A DNA stretch of 64,000 nucleotides from Promethearchaeota archaeon (GCA_048941265.1 JBHLNT010000001.1:32001-96000); one strand, 5' to 3'; numbered from the stretch's first letter, positions 20,134 through 29,223 are shown. Program-made: numbers and translations. Notes: generated from the letters alone by a model not told the origin.

Positions 20134-20399
20134 ACCTTTTTTTTATTTTTTTTAAGAATCTTATTTTAACCAGGTAGAGTTATTGAATTATGTTTATTCG
20201 CTTTTAATTAATATCTCCTATGGTTTGGTAAATATACTTTTGAATTTGAATATAAATAAACTATTGCACGCTTTTTTAGAACAAAAATATAAAATTTAAT
20301 ATCATAAATGCCTTAATAAATCAAATATAATAGTGAAGTTAAGGTTTAAAAATCCTGAAAAGAGCGCTAATTAGAGCAGATGGAAGTAATAAAATCGGA

Positions 20400-21371
20400 A
20401 TGGGCCATTTAACAAGGCAAATAGATATTGCAAATGAGTTAAAGAAGCTCAATTATAACATAATATTTCTCTCAAAAAACTATCCAGAAGGAATATTATT
20501 ACTTGAAGAAAGTCAGTTTGAAATTATAAAATTATCAACAGAATACCAAACGATAAATGATTCAATTCAAGAAATAAACGAGGTATTAAATTCCTATAAT
20601 AAAATCTTTGATTTTATCATATTAGATCTTTTTGAAGATTTTGATAATCAAGAATATTTAAACAATTTAAAGCTCTTTTGTAGCAAATTGTTTGTTTTAA
20701 GCGATGAGCCAAAACAGTTCTATATTCAAGTGAATGCTGTTTTCGCTTTTAGCGAAAATCAAGAGTCATTTAACTATAATAATTTGAGAACTAAATACTA
20801 TACTGGTCTAAAATACTTTCCTTTACACTCTAAATTCCAGGAAGTACCAAAGAAAAAAGTCAATAAAAAAGTTAGTAAAGTTCTTATTACTTTTGGTGGA
20901 AGTGATCCTAATAATTTTTCAGGCAAATTGGTAAGTTCCTTAAAGCAACTTGATCTAAATGTAATATATACGCTAATCCTAGGTGCTGGATATTCGAAAG
21001 AGAATTATCATGATATTATGAGGGAAAAATTTGATAATCTCATAATTAAAACGAATATAAAAAATATGAACGAGTATTTAATAGAAACGGATATTTGTAT
21101 TTGCTCAGCAGGAAATACAGTAATAGAAGCATTGGTATGCGGAGTCCCTTGTATTGTCCTTCCTCAAACTAAATTAGAAAGTGAACGCGCTAAAGCTTTA
21201 GAAAAAAAACAATTGATTATTAATAAGGGATTGGAATTTACTACTAAGAGATTAATTACTGTAATTAATAACCTACTTTCTGATTATTCACTAAGGAAAA
21301 AATTGAGCAAAAATGCTCAAAATTATTTAGATGGAAAGGGCATTAAAAGGATTGTAAATATAATTTCTTAA
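20400..21371 (+). CDS. PseG/SpsG-like UDP-sugar hydrolase (GT-B fold)
   Basis: (RADGSNKI)GMGHLTR, LITFGGSD, DICICSAGNT..E, DGKG; frame extends upstream to CTG at 20355. Confidence 0.85.
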   Translation: MGHLTRQIDIANELKKLNYNIIFLSKNYPEGILLLEESQFEIIKLSTEYQTINDSIQEINEVLNSYNKIFDFIILDLFEDFDNQEYLNNLKLFCSKLFVLSDEPKQFYIQVNAVFAFSENQESFNYNNLRTKYYTGLKYFPLHSKFQEVPKKKVNKKVSKVLITFGGSDPNNFSGKLVSSLKQLDLNVIYTLILGAGYSKENYHDIMREKFDNLIIKTNIKNMNEYLIETDICICSAGNTVIEALVCGVPCIVLPQTKLESERAKALEKKQLIINKGLEFTTKRLITVINNLLSDYSLRKKLSKNAQNYLDGKGIKRIVNIIS

Positions 21372-21553
21372 GAGGAAAAAAAGTTTTAAAAGAATGAAGC
21401 TTAAAGTCCAAAATCCTAATGTATTTTATTAAAAATTTTTACATCTTAAGGAGATAATATCTTTAAAATTATTAGACTTCTTGTAATGTTTAAATGTTTA
21501 TTTAATTTAATTAATCAAATATTTGTTTATATAAAACTTAAGATACTAGAATT

Positions 21554-22315
21554 ATGAAAAACGACCAGTTAATAGAAAAACTCCGAAAACGGGAACTTAA
21601 AGCAGTAGTATTTGATTTCGATGGTACAATCTTAGATATTAAGAAACCTCTTGAAAAATCTATTGAAGAAGTCTTTACTGAGAAAGGTATTGCTTCTGAC
21701 TTAGAATCATCTGTACTTGAAATTGGTGCTGTGCTCGAATCTATACAAGGATACCCTATTCCTAAAATTTTACTGCAATCATATGACATTTTCCAACAGA
21801 TAACAACGCTAGAAAAATTAACTTTCTTAAAAAAATTTAGAGTTGCCTTGAAAATTTTCGCTAAATATCAAACTTATTCTAAAGAGGCTGAATTATTCCC
21901 CGGTATAAAACCACTATTAGAATATCTAAATAAAGGTGCAGACCTTTATATTATCTCTCATAATCAAACAAATAGTGTTAGAGAACACCTTCAAAAAGAA
22001 GAAATTGAAAAGTATTTCAAAGGAGTATATGGAGCTGATGAATTGCCTGCATTAAAACCAAGTCCTGATGCCCTTTTACCTGTCATAGAGCAATACAAAA
22101 ATACCAGCAGTAAGAAATTTTTGATCTTAGGTGATATGCCATCTGATATTGAATCTGGTCAAGAAGCAGGAGTTCATACCATTGGAATCGCTAGTGGAAT
22201 CAGTAAGAAGGAGATACTGGAGAATTGTAATCCCGATTTATTATTCGATTCAATTATTGAATTGAATGAATTACTTGGTATAAATAATGGTCGTAGTTCG
22301 GATTCTAAAGTTTAA
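21554..22315 (+). CDS. HAD-superfamily phosphatase (first gene of lipid operon)
   Basis: FDFDGT, ISHN, KPSPD, GDMPSD motifs I-IV. Confidence 0.9.
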   Translation: MKNDQLIEKLRKRELKAVVFDFDGTILDIKKPLEKSIEEVFTEKGIASDLESSVLEIGAVLESIQGYPIPKILLQSYDIFQQITTLEKLTFLKKFRVALKIFAKYQTYSKEAELFPGIKPLLEYLNKGADLYIISHNQTNSVREHLQKEEIEKYFKGVYGADELPALKPSPDALLPVIEQYKNTSSKKFLILGDMPSDIESGQEAGVHTIGIASGISKKEILENCNPDLLFDSIIELNELLGINNGRSSDSKV

Positions 22316-22348
22316 AATTAAAAATTATAAAAAATAAAACATAAAAGG

Positions 22349-24043
22349 TTGATGAATATGGAACTTGAAAAATCAGATATAAAACCAACAAAGAAAGAAA
22401 AAATTGGTAAAGAACAAGTAGATTATGATGTAGTGGAACAAGAACTAGAGCTTAAGTATGAAAAAACGTCTCATGATGCGATGTATAAAGTTTTAAAATA
22501 TAATCCTATCGACTGGTTAAATGATAAGTACCGAAAATTTATTGATATGCATCAATTAACTGAGATTGAGGGTCAATTACAATGGTGGGCTGCATATATT
22601 TACGTTAAGGAAATCCTAAGGTTACTTTTCGATCATAAAGTAGAAAATCCCTATAAGACTTTATTTCCTGAATATGGCCCTGGAATCATCATCTCAAATC
22701 ATGAAAGCCATTTTGATCCATTTTTTATTGGAGCTACATGTCATAGACGTATTCGATGGATGAGTAAAATTGAAAACTTTAAGACACCAATTGTAAGAAC
22801 TTTGTTTACAAATTTAGGTGCTTTTAGACTTGATAGAGATAACCCTGAACCAGGTTGGGAGATGGCAAAAGAAGTGATTGATAATGGAGGATGGGTTGGA
22901 ATCTTTCCAGAAGGCACTCGCACAGAAGATGGGTCTCTTGGTGAATTTCATACTGGTGCGGTAAGGCTAGCAATAGAAAAGAAAGTACCTATTGTTCCGA
23001 CATGTGTAATCGGTTCAAGAGCAGCACTACCGAAAGGCAAATTGGTTTTAAAACCAGCTCGTGTAATTACTCGTGCAGGACTTCCGATTTCCTATGATCA
23101 ATATAACATTGATACTGTATCATATCAAGATATTAGAAGACTTTCAGATGAATTACGACAGGAAGTTATTGATTTAATGGAAGGTAATTACCACATTGAA
23201 GGTGAAGAAAAGGTTCAACAGCTTTCCATAGGGGAACCTAAGGATATGGCAGAAAAGCCAAAAGGTAATCCTGTTATGAAATTCTTTAAAAAACTCTCAG
23301 CACATTTCTTACAATTATGGGATGATTCTTGGTATGCCCTCTTAAAATCTTTAGAAGTCTATGGTTTAAAAGATTACTTTGGATCATTCATATATAATTT
23401 ATCGGGTAATATCGTTCATAGCCTCTGCAACCTTATGCTTCCATATAAAGTCATTGACTACGACAAATATATTCCCAAAAAAGCTGAAACTGGTGCCCTT
23501 ATATGCTCAAATCATAATTCAGAATGGGATGTAATAATACTAGCAACAAGTTTTCAGCAATGGGGTGGTCATTATATCTATCAACAATCAAAAGAATCAC
23601 TCTTTAGATATCCTGTTGTAAACGCTTGGGTAAGGTCTTGTAGAGCATTTCCACTTAAAAGAGGTGAGCACGATGTTGGTTCTTATAATTATGCTTTAGA
23701 ACGCTTAAAAGAGGGAAAATGGATAGTAATCTATCCAGAAGGCACAACTAATACGGGAGGCGGGAAATTATTAGAAGGACACACTGGTGCTATGCGTTTA
23801 GCTATAGAAGCAAAAGTTCCAATTTATTTAGTTGGAATCACTGGAACTGAAGATGTCTATCCAAAACGGGCCAAAATGCTTAATTTCAATAAAGGAGTTA
23901 TATTGAAAGCAGGAGAACCATTTATGGAGCATCAAAATTACTGGGACAAACCTATGCCTAGCTATAGTGAATTAAGGAATCTTACCACAAAAATGATGGC
24001 AAGAATAAAAGACTTGCTTATGTATGACGATAAACGAGCATAA
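22349..24043 (+). CDS. plsC: Tandem double-domain PlsC/LPLAT glycerolipid acyltransferase
   Basis: Two complete domains: NHESHFD + FPEGTR and NHNSEWD + YPEGTT, each followed by GAxRLAIE. Confidence 0.9.
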   Translation: MMNMELEKSDIKPTKKEKIGKEQVDYDVVEQELELKYEKTSHDAMYKVLKYNPIDWLNDKYRKFIDMHQLTEIEGQLQWWAAYIYVKEILRLLFDHKVENPYKTLFPEYGPGIIISNHESHFDPFFIGATCHRRIRWMSKIENFKTPIVRTLFTNLGAFRLDRDNPEPGWEMAKEVIDNGGWVGIFPEGTRTEDGSLGEFHTGAVRLAIEKKVPIVPTCVIGSRAALPKGKLVLKPARVITRAGLPISYDQYNIDTVSYQDIRRLSDELRQEVIDLMEGNYHIEGEEKVQQLSIGEPKDMAEKPKGNPVMKFFKKLSAHFLQLWDDSWYALLKSLEVYGLKDYFGSFIYNLSGNIVHSLCNLMLPYKVIDYDKYIPKKAETGALICSNHNSEWDVIILATSFQQWGGHYIYQQSKESLFRYPVVNAWVRSCRAFPLKRGEHDVGSYNYALERLKEGKWIVIYPEGTTNTGGGKLLEGHTGAMRLAIEAKVPIYLVGITGTEDVYPKRAKMLNFNKGVILKAGEPFMEHQNYWDKPMPSYSELRNLTTKMMARIKDLLMYDDKRA

Positions 24044-24062
24044 GAAGCGAGAGGTTTAACTG

Positions 24063-25142
24063 GTGGAAGCGACGGAAAAATCGTCAGGTACAAAAATCAA
24101 GGTTGGTATACCTAGAGCACTTCATTTTTATAGGTACTTTCCTTTTTGGAAAAAACTTCTTGAAGAATTAGATGTGGAAATTATATTAACACCTAACACT
24201 AACAAGAAGATTGTAGAGGAAGGTGTAACTCATGGGTTTGGTGAGTTATGTATACCTGTAAAAATTTATTATGGACATGTAATGAAATTAATACGGGAAC
24301 ATCCCGATTTAGATTTCTTATTTGTACCTCGATATGTTTCAGAAGTAAAAGAAGCATACTTTTGTCCTAAATTTCTGTCGTTACCAGATGTCATAAAAAT
24401 TTTGCCGAACGCTCCAAAACTTTTGACTTTTGAAGTTAATATAAAAGAATTTCCAATTGCCACAGCAGCCGCTGAACTTGCTAAACAATTAGGAAAAAGC
24501 CAATCTAAAGGATTAGATGCATATAAGAAAGCGCAAGAATATTTTGATGAGTATCATAAATTTTTAAGGGAAGGTGCCCCTGTCAATCATGCACTACGAT
24601 TAGTAGAATATAACCGTCCTTTCACTTTGCCAAAAAAGAAACGTAAGGGCGATATTAAGTTCTTGTTATTAGGACATGCATATAATATTTTTGACACATT
24701 TATTAATCTAGATTTTCAAAAAAAATTACAAGATCAAAATGTTGAGGTTTTAACTATTGAAAATCTGCCAGAATCAATATTCAAGGTACCAGTTATCGTG
24801 AATAGGCGTTTGAGAAACTATTGGAGACATGAGGAGGAAATCATGCAATCAATTAGGTACTTTATGACGAAAGGACGAAAAGAAATCGATGGAGTGGTTT
24901 TTCTTATTAGTTTTGCTTGTGGACCCGACAGTCTCATTTCCGAGTTAATAATGAGAGATATGAAAGTCGTAGGGCTTCCATTTTTAGAGATAATAATGGA
25001 TGAACATTCTGGTGAGGCGGGTTTGCTTACAAGAGTTGAAAGTTTCGTAGAGATGGTAAGAAGGAAGAAGCAAAAACTCTCAGAATTAGAAAACAAGCAA
25101 AAACTTGGAGTTTTAGAAGAGATTGATACTTCATTTGCCTAG
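24063..25142 (+). CDS. DUF2229 / 2-hydroxyacyl-CoA dehydratase-like Fe-S subunit A (PlsA/Ger-type reduction domain)
   Basis: VGIPRAL..FPFW, ELCIPVKIYYGH, FCPKF, LLGHAYN, SFACGPDS, DEHSGEAGLLTRVESF. Confidence 0.85.
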   Translation: MEATEKSSGTKIKVGIPRALHFYRYFPFWKKLLEELDVEIILTPNTNKKIVEEGVTHGFGELCIPVKIYYGHVMKLIREHPDLDFLFVPRYVSEVKEAYFCPKFLSLPDVIKILPNAPKLLTFEVNIKEFPIATAAAELAKQLGKSQSKGLDAYKKAQEYFDEYHKFLREGAPVNHALRLVEYNRPFTLPKKKRKGDIKFLLLGHAYNIFDTFINLDFQKKLQDQNVEVLTIENLPESIFKVPVIVNRRLRNYWRHEEEIMQSIRYFMTKGRKEIDGVVFLISFACGPDSLISELIMRDMKVVGLPFLEIIMDEHSGEAGLLTRVESFVEMVRRKKQKLSELENKQKLGVLEEIDTSFA

Positions 25143-25147
25143 GAGGT
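25141..25147 (+). promoter_or_regulatory. Shine-Dalgarno-like AGGAGGT overlapping the upstream stop codon
   Basis: 8 nt before ATG 25156; similar motifs precede 24063, 27602 and 28325, consistent with a polycistronic mRNA. Confidence 0.7.
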
Positions 25148-25155
25148 ATTAAAAA

Positions 25156-26340
25156 ATGTTAATTTCCTTTCCAAATATGGGCCCAAACTGGGTAGCATTC
25201 AAATCTTTATTCGAGTCTTTGGATTTAGATGTCATCGTACCTGACCCCACAAACCGAGAAGCGATTAAAGTAGGTGTTAAATATAGCCCAGAATTCGTAT
25301 GTTTCCCATTTAAGGCCACCCTCGGAGATTTTAAAAATGCATTGGATAAAGGTGCTGATACTCTCGTGATGGCAATTGATTGCGGACCATGTCGCTTTGG
25401 CTTCTATGCTTCTGTTCAAGAGAGACTTTTGAGGGATATGGGTTATGATGATTTTACATTAATTCCCTTAGATCAAGCAGACTTACTCAATTTTAAATGG
25501 GTAAAAGCTCTTGAAGAAATTTCAGGAATGCAAGGTTTAGTTAAATATCCTAAATTTGTAAAGGCTGTCATCATATTTTTAAAAAAAGCTAAATTGTTAG
25601 ATGATATTCAGACTGCAGAAGGTCTTTTCAGGGCTTATGAACGGAATCAAGGAGATACTACTCGTACTGTAAAAAATTTATTAAATTATCTTGATCAAAC
25701 CAATTCCATTTCTGAATTACGTAAATTTCGAAAGGTAATTTTAGATTTATTTAGTCGGATTGATATTGATAAAAATATTAGTCCTTTGAGAGTAGGGCTT
25801 TCAGGTGAGATTCATATAAGTTTAGAACCATATGTTAATCTAGATATTCGGAGAAAATTGGGTGAAATGGCGGTTGAGATCCATCAATCTCTAAGTCTAT
25901 ATGATTGGGTAGTCCATAAATTTCACTTAAATTATCACAGAAAATGGCTTGAACATCTTGCCCGACCGCATGTACCGATGGATATAGGCGGAGAATGTGT
26001 CTGGGTATTAGGAGAATATATAGATAAAGGCAAGGCATCCTTCGATGGCTTCGTTCATGAATATCCGTTTACGTGCATGCCGGAAGTTGTAGCCCGGACG
26101 ATTATTACTAATAAGCTTAAGAAAATATATGATTTACCGGTATTATTTTTCTCCTTCGATGAACAGAGTGGTCTTGAGGGATTTCGTACCCGTCTTGAAG
26201 CGTTTTGCGACCTCATGCATTCCCGACGTGATCAAGAAATAAAAAATAATCCCGAATTTTCGGCAATAGGAAAGAAGATTTATCCACATTTTGGAAATCA
26301 TTTTTATGATGAATGTTATCAAATAATTAAAGCTTCATAG
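25156..26340 (+). CDS. 2-hydroxyacyl-CoA dehydratase-like Fe-S subunit B (PlsR-type)
   Basis: SPEFVCFPFKATLG, GPCRFGFY, VGLSGEI, PFTCMPE, DEQSGLEGFRTRLEAF. Confidence 0.85.
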   Translation: MLISFPNMGPNWVAFKSLFESLDLDVIVPDPTNREAIKVGVKYSPEFVCFPFKATLGDFKNALDKGADTLVMAIDCGPCRFGFYASVQERLLRDMGYDDFTLIPLDQADLLNFKWVKALEEISGMQGLVKYPKFVKAVIIFLKKAKLLDDIQTAEGLFRAYERNQGDTTRTVKNLLNYLDQTNSISELRKFRKVILDLFSRIDIDKNISPLRVGLSGEIHISLEPYVNLDIRRKLGEMAVEIHQSLSLYDWVVHKFHLNYHRKWLEHLARPHVPMDIGGECVWVLGEYIDKGKASFDGFVHEYPFTCMPEVVARTIITNKLKKIYDLPVLFFSFDEQSGLEGFRTRLEAFCDLMHSRRDQEIKNNPEFSAIGKKIYPHFGNHFYDECYQIIKAS

Positions 26341-26354
26341 AGGATATATGGAAG

Positions 26355-27377
26355 ATGGTACAAGTTTCAGATAAAATTATTAAAGACGATGGTAAAAAAG
26401 ACGCATTTTTAGGTATAGATGTAGGGTCAGTATCCCTTAAATTCGTGTTAATGGATAGAGATGGTAATGTGCTTACTTCAGTTTTTCTCAGAAATCGTGG
26501 TTCTCCTATTGATTCCGTTAAAGATGGAATGTCAAAATTGAGGGAGCAAATAGAAGCAGATGATAATTTACAAGGATATGCAATTCGTGCATGTGGAACT
26601 ACTGGATCTGCGAGATATTTAACTAAAGCGGTTGTAGGAGGCGACATTGCAAAAACAGAGATCATTGCCCACGCAGTAGGGGCTCAATCAGAATATCCGG
26701 ATGTACGCACAATTTTAGAGATTGGAGGGCAAGATTCTAAAATAATTATTCTTCGTGATGGAATCATAGTGGATTTTGCTATGAATTCTGTTTGTGCCGC
26801 AGGTACCGGCTCATTCCTTGACCACCAAGCGTCGAGATTAGATCTACCCATCGAAGAATTTGGTGATTGGGCGGTAAAATCGAAAAATCCTTTATCAATC
26901 GCGGGCAGGTGTACTGTTTTTGCCGAATCAGATATGATTCATAAGCAAAACGCAGGGTATTCTCGAGAAGATATTATTGCGGGATTATGTGATTCATTAG
27001 TACGAAATTATCTAAATAATTTAGCTAAAGGAAAAGAATTAGAAGAACCCGTTGTCTTTCAAGGGGGAGTATCCTTTAATAAGGGTATTGTTCAAGCCTT
27101 TGAAAGACATTTAAACTGCAAAGTTGTAGTCCCAAAATATAATGTACTGATGGGAGCTCTTGGAATGGCAATTCTTGTTAGAGACCATTTCTTGCGTAAT
27201 GAGACTGAAACTGCTTTTAGAGGGCTTGAAGTAGCAGAAATTAAATTTGTAACCTCTGCTTTTAATTGTGGGGATTGTCCCAATAATTGTGAAATTATCC
27301 AGGTAAAAATGCCCGAATTGGGCAATGAAGTAATAGCCCGCTGGGGCAGCAGATGTGGAAAATGGGAGGTGTTTTAA
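26355..27377 (+). CDS. ATP-dependent CoA-enzyme activase (BadF/BcrA/HgdC ASKHA ATPase, archerase)
   Basis: GIDVGSVS, TTGSAR, EIGGQDSK, MNSVCAAGTGSFLD, CTVFAESD; extra C-terminal CGDCPNNC..GSRC cluster typical of DUF2229-associated activases. Confidence 0.93.
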   Translation: MVQVSDKIIKDDGKKDAFLGIDVGSVSLKFVLMDRDGNVLTSVFLRNRGSPIDSVKDGMSKLREQIEADDNLQGYAIRACGTTGSARYLTKAVVGGDIAKTEIIAHAVGAQSEYPDVRTILEIGGQDSKIIILRDGIIVDFAMNSVCAAGTGSFLDHQASRLDLPIEEFGDWAVKSKNPLSIAGRCTVFAESDMIHKQNAGYSREDIIAGLCDSLVRNYLNNLAKGKELEEPVVFQGGVSFNKGIVQAFERHLNCKVVVPKYNVLMGALGMAILVRDHFLRNETETAFRGLEVAEIKFVTSAFNCGDCPNNCEIIQVKMPELGNEVIARWGSRCGKWEVF

Positions 27378-27586
27378 AAACGTCCAAACTTTTAAAAGAT
27401 TTTTTAGAATTAGGAAAAGAGTTAGGAAAGGAAATTTTTGAGACGGCTAGCCATAGGGCTAAGCTTTCAACAATTTTTGATTTATTTACAGAAAAAGTTA
27501 TACCCTCTTTCGTTTCCGAAAAGGAACTGAAAGAATATTATGAAAAAAGAATGGAAGAAGTAAATGATTTTATTATTAAATTATAA
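27353..27586 (+). CDS. Small amphipathic helical protein in lipid operon
   Basis: Overlaps the activase stop and fills the gap to the next SD; start uncertain (ATG 27362 possible). Confidence 0.6.
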   Translation: MWKMGGVLKTSKLLKDFLELGKELGKEIFETASHRAKLSTIFDLFTEKVIPSFVSEKELKEYYEKRMEEVNDFIIKL

Positions 27587-27601
27587 GAGGAGGAAAAAAA
27601 T

Positions 27602-28291
27602 ATGGCTCAAAATGTAGCAATATCGGAAGAAGAAAAACCAAAATTAAATAAAAAACAATTACAGGAGGATGCTTTATACGGTCTAGCTAAAGCAGTAGGA
27701 GGTGCCGTATTAAAGAATTTTGCGGGGTTAAAACTCGAAGGGGAAGAAAATATCCCTTATAGAGGAAGAGCAATCTTAACAACTATAAGTAAAAATGTAA
27801 TACGTGATATGCTAATTTTATCACAATTGACAGGCAGAAAAATCCATTTCATGCTACCAGCGAAATTGATGAAACATCAAGTTGCGGGTCCAATATTTAA
27901 ATCTCTTGGGATGATTCGAGGTACAGAGAGTAAAGATGATACTGAACCGATTGATAAAGTATTCGAAATCATAAATGAAAAAGGGGATTTAGTTGCTATG
28001 ACCCCGGAAGCAAAATATGATCGAGATATACAAGTCAAATCCGTGGCAGGTATAATTAAATTCGCTGTAGCTGCTAATGCTCCAATAATTCCAATCGCAG
28101 TGACTAAAGAAAAGGCAAAATTATTTAATTTGATAACTATCGATGGTATAAAGGTAAAGGTTGGTAAGCCTATTCCTGTTTCAAAGAATTTAAGTCGAGA
28201 AAAATACCGCGATCAGAGATATGAATTAGCTGAGGACATAGTGAACATTATCGATTCTCTAAAATATACGCCAGAACAAGATGAGGACTAA
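27602..28291 (+). CDS. PlsC-like acyltransferase-fold protein lacking the catalytic His
   Basis: LEGEENIP, RKIHFM, MTPE, APIIPIAV, VKVGKPI fit the LPLAT fold; NHxxxxD replaced by TISKNVIRD. Confidence 0.78.
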   Translation: MAQNVAISEEEKPKLNKKQLQEDALYGLAKAVGGAVLKNFAGLKLEGEENIPYRGRAILTTISKNVIRDMLILSQLTGRKIHFMLPAKLMKHQVAGPIFKSLGMIRGTESKDDTEPIDKVFEIINEKGDLVAMTPEAKYDRDIQVKSVAGIIKFAVAANAPIIPIAVTKEKAKLFNLITIDGIKVKVGKPIPVSKNLSREKYRDQRYELAEDIVNIIDSLKYTPEQDED

Positions 28292-28324
28292 TAATTAGAA
28301 AATTAGATAAAAAATAAAAAAGGA

Positions 28325-28600
28325 GTGAAAAAAGATATGGAAAATCAAGATAATCCAAATATAGAAAAAGCTAAAATTGATTTACCGGAATATACCAAAA
28401 AATTAGAAGAAAAGGCAAAAGAGGCTCTAAACCCGGATAAGATGAAAGAGATGATTTCAGATTTGAAAGTAGACAATGTTGTAGGGGACCTTTTCTATGA
28501 ATCTGTAAAGCTATTCTTTGATATTGGATTCGATCTTGCTGATAAGCTAAATCTTGATTTAATTCAAGATTTTATCAAAAAAGATAATGAGAAAAAATAA
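28325..28600 (+). CDS. Small acidic amphipathic helical protein (last gene of operon)
   Basis: AGGAG upstream; ATG 28337 likely start; followed by T-rich tracts. Confidence 0.7.
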   Translation: MKKDMENQDNPNIEKAKIDLPEYTKKLEEKAKEALNPDKMKEMISDLKVDNVVGDLFYESVKLFFDIGFDLADKLNLDLIQDFIKKDNEKK

Positions 28601-28640
28601 ATAAAAAATTTTTTTGGTATTATTTTTTTATCTTAAACTG

Positions 28641-28660
28641 GACCTTTAGGTTTTTTTTTT
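28641..28660 (+). terminator. Putative oligo-T terminator of the lipid operon
   Basis: T10 run (28651-28660) after a short ACCT/AGGT stem between convergent genes. Confidence 0.35.
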
Positions 28661-28734
28661 GTTAGATTTTGGGATATTAACGAAAAAAGGAAACAAATGA
28701 GAATAATAAATTTATTAAATTTAAAAAAGAGGCT

Positions 28735-29223
28735 TTAATACCTTGTTCTTGTTGACTGAATTCGAAGTTTGGCTTTAGTTTTCTCATCCTTGTCCTGTAA
28801 AATAATGTAACTCGTTTTTTGGGGTAGTTTTATTTCAATTTTCTGTTCGGCGATTGTTTGGTCTTTCTTCAAATGGTCTTGTTCTCTTAAAATAAGATTT
28901 AAATTAACAACTAGCGGTTTTCCTTTTCTAACTGTTTTAAATTCACTCCAAATCGTCATGTCTGCTCGACTTGTGAATTCTTGATTTCTCTGTAATTTAA
29001 TTACCCCCTTATGAGGGAATCGAGATTTTAGCATTTTATCACCATCAATCCGTAGATAAAACTCTCCTACTCTGCCAAGAGAATCATAATCTTTAAGAGT
29101 TTTCAGAGACATAAGATCTACACTTATCTGGAATCTTTCTTTTTCTTTTCCGACATTATCTTGGGTAAATGTTTCTCCTTTTGCATGAGTTTTTTTCCCT
29201 TTCACATAAACTCTTCTTGCCAT
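28735..29223 (-). CDS. Stand-alone C2-like beta-sandwich protein
   Basis: Beta-strand pattern with LKDYDSLG..EFYLRI and LILREQDHLKKDQTIA resembling C2 loops 1 and 3. Confidence 0.55.
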   Translation of the reverse strand: MARRVYVKGKKTHAKGETFTQDNVGKEKERFQISVDLMSLKTLKDYDSLGRVGEFYLRIDGDKMLKSRFPHKGVIKLQRNQEFTSRADMTIWSEFKTVRKGKPLVVNLNLILREQDHLKKDQTIAEQKIEIKLPQKTSYIILQDKDEKTKAKLRIQSTRTRY

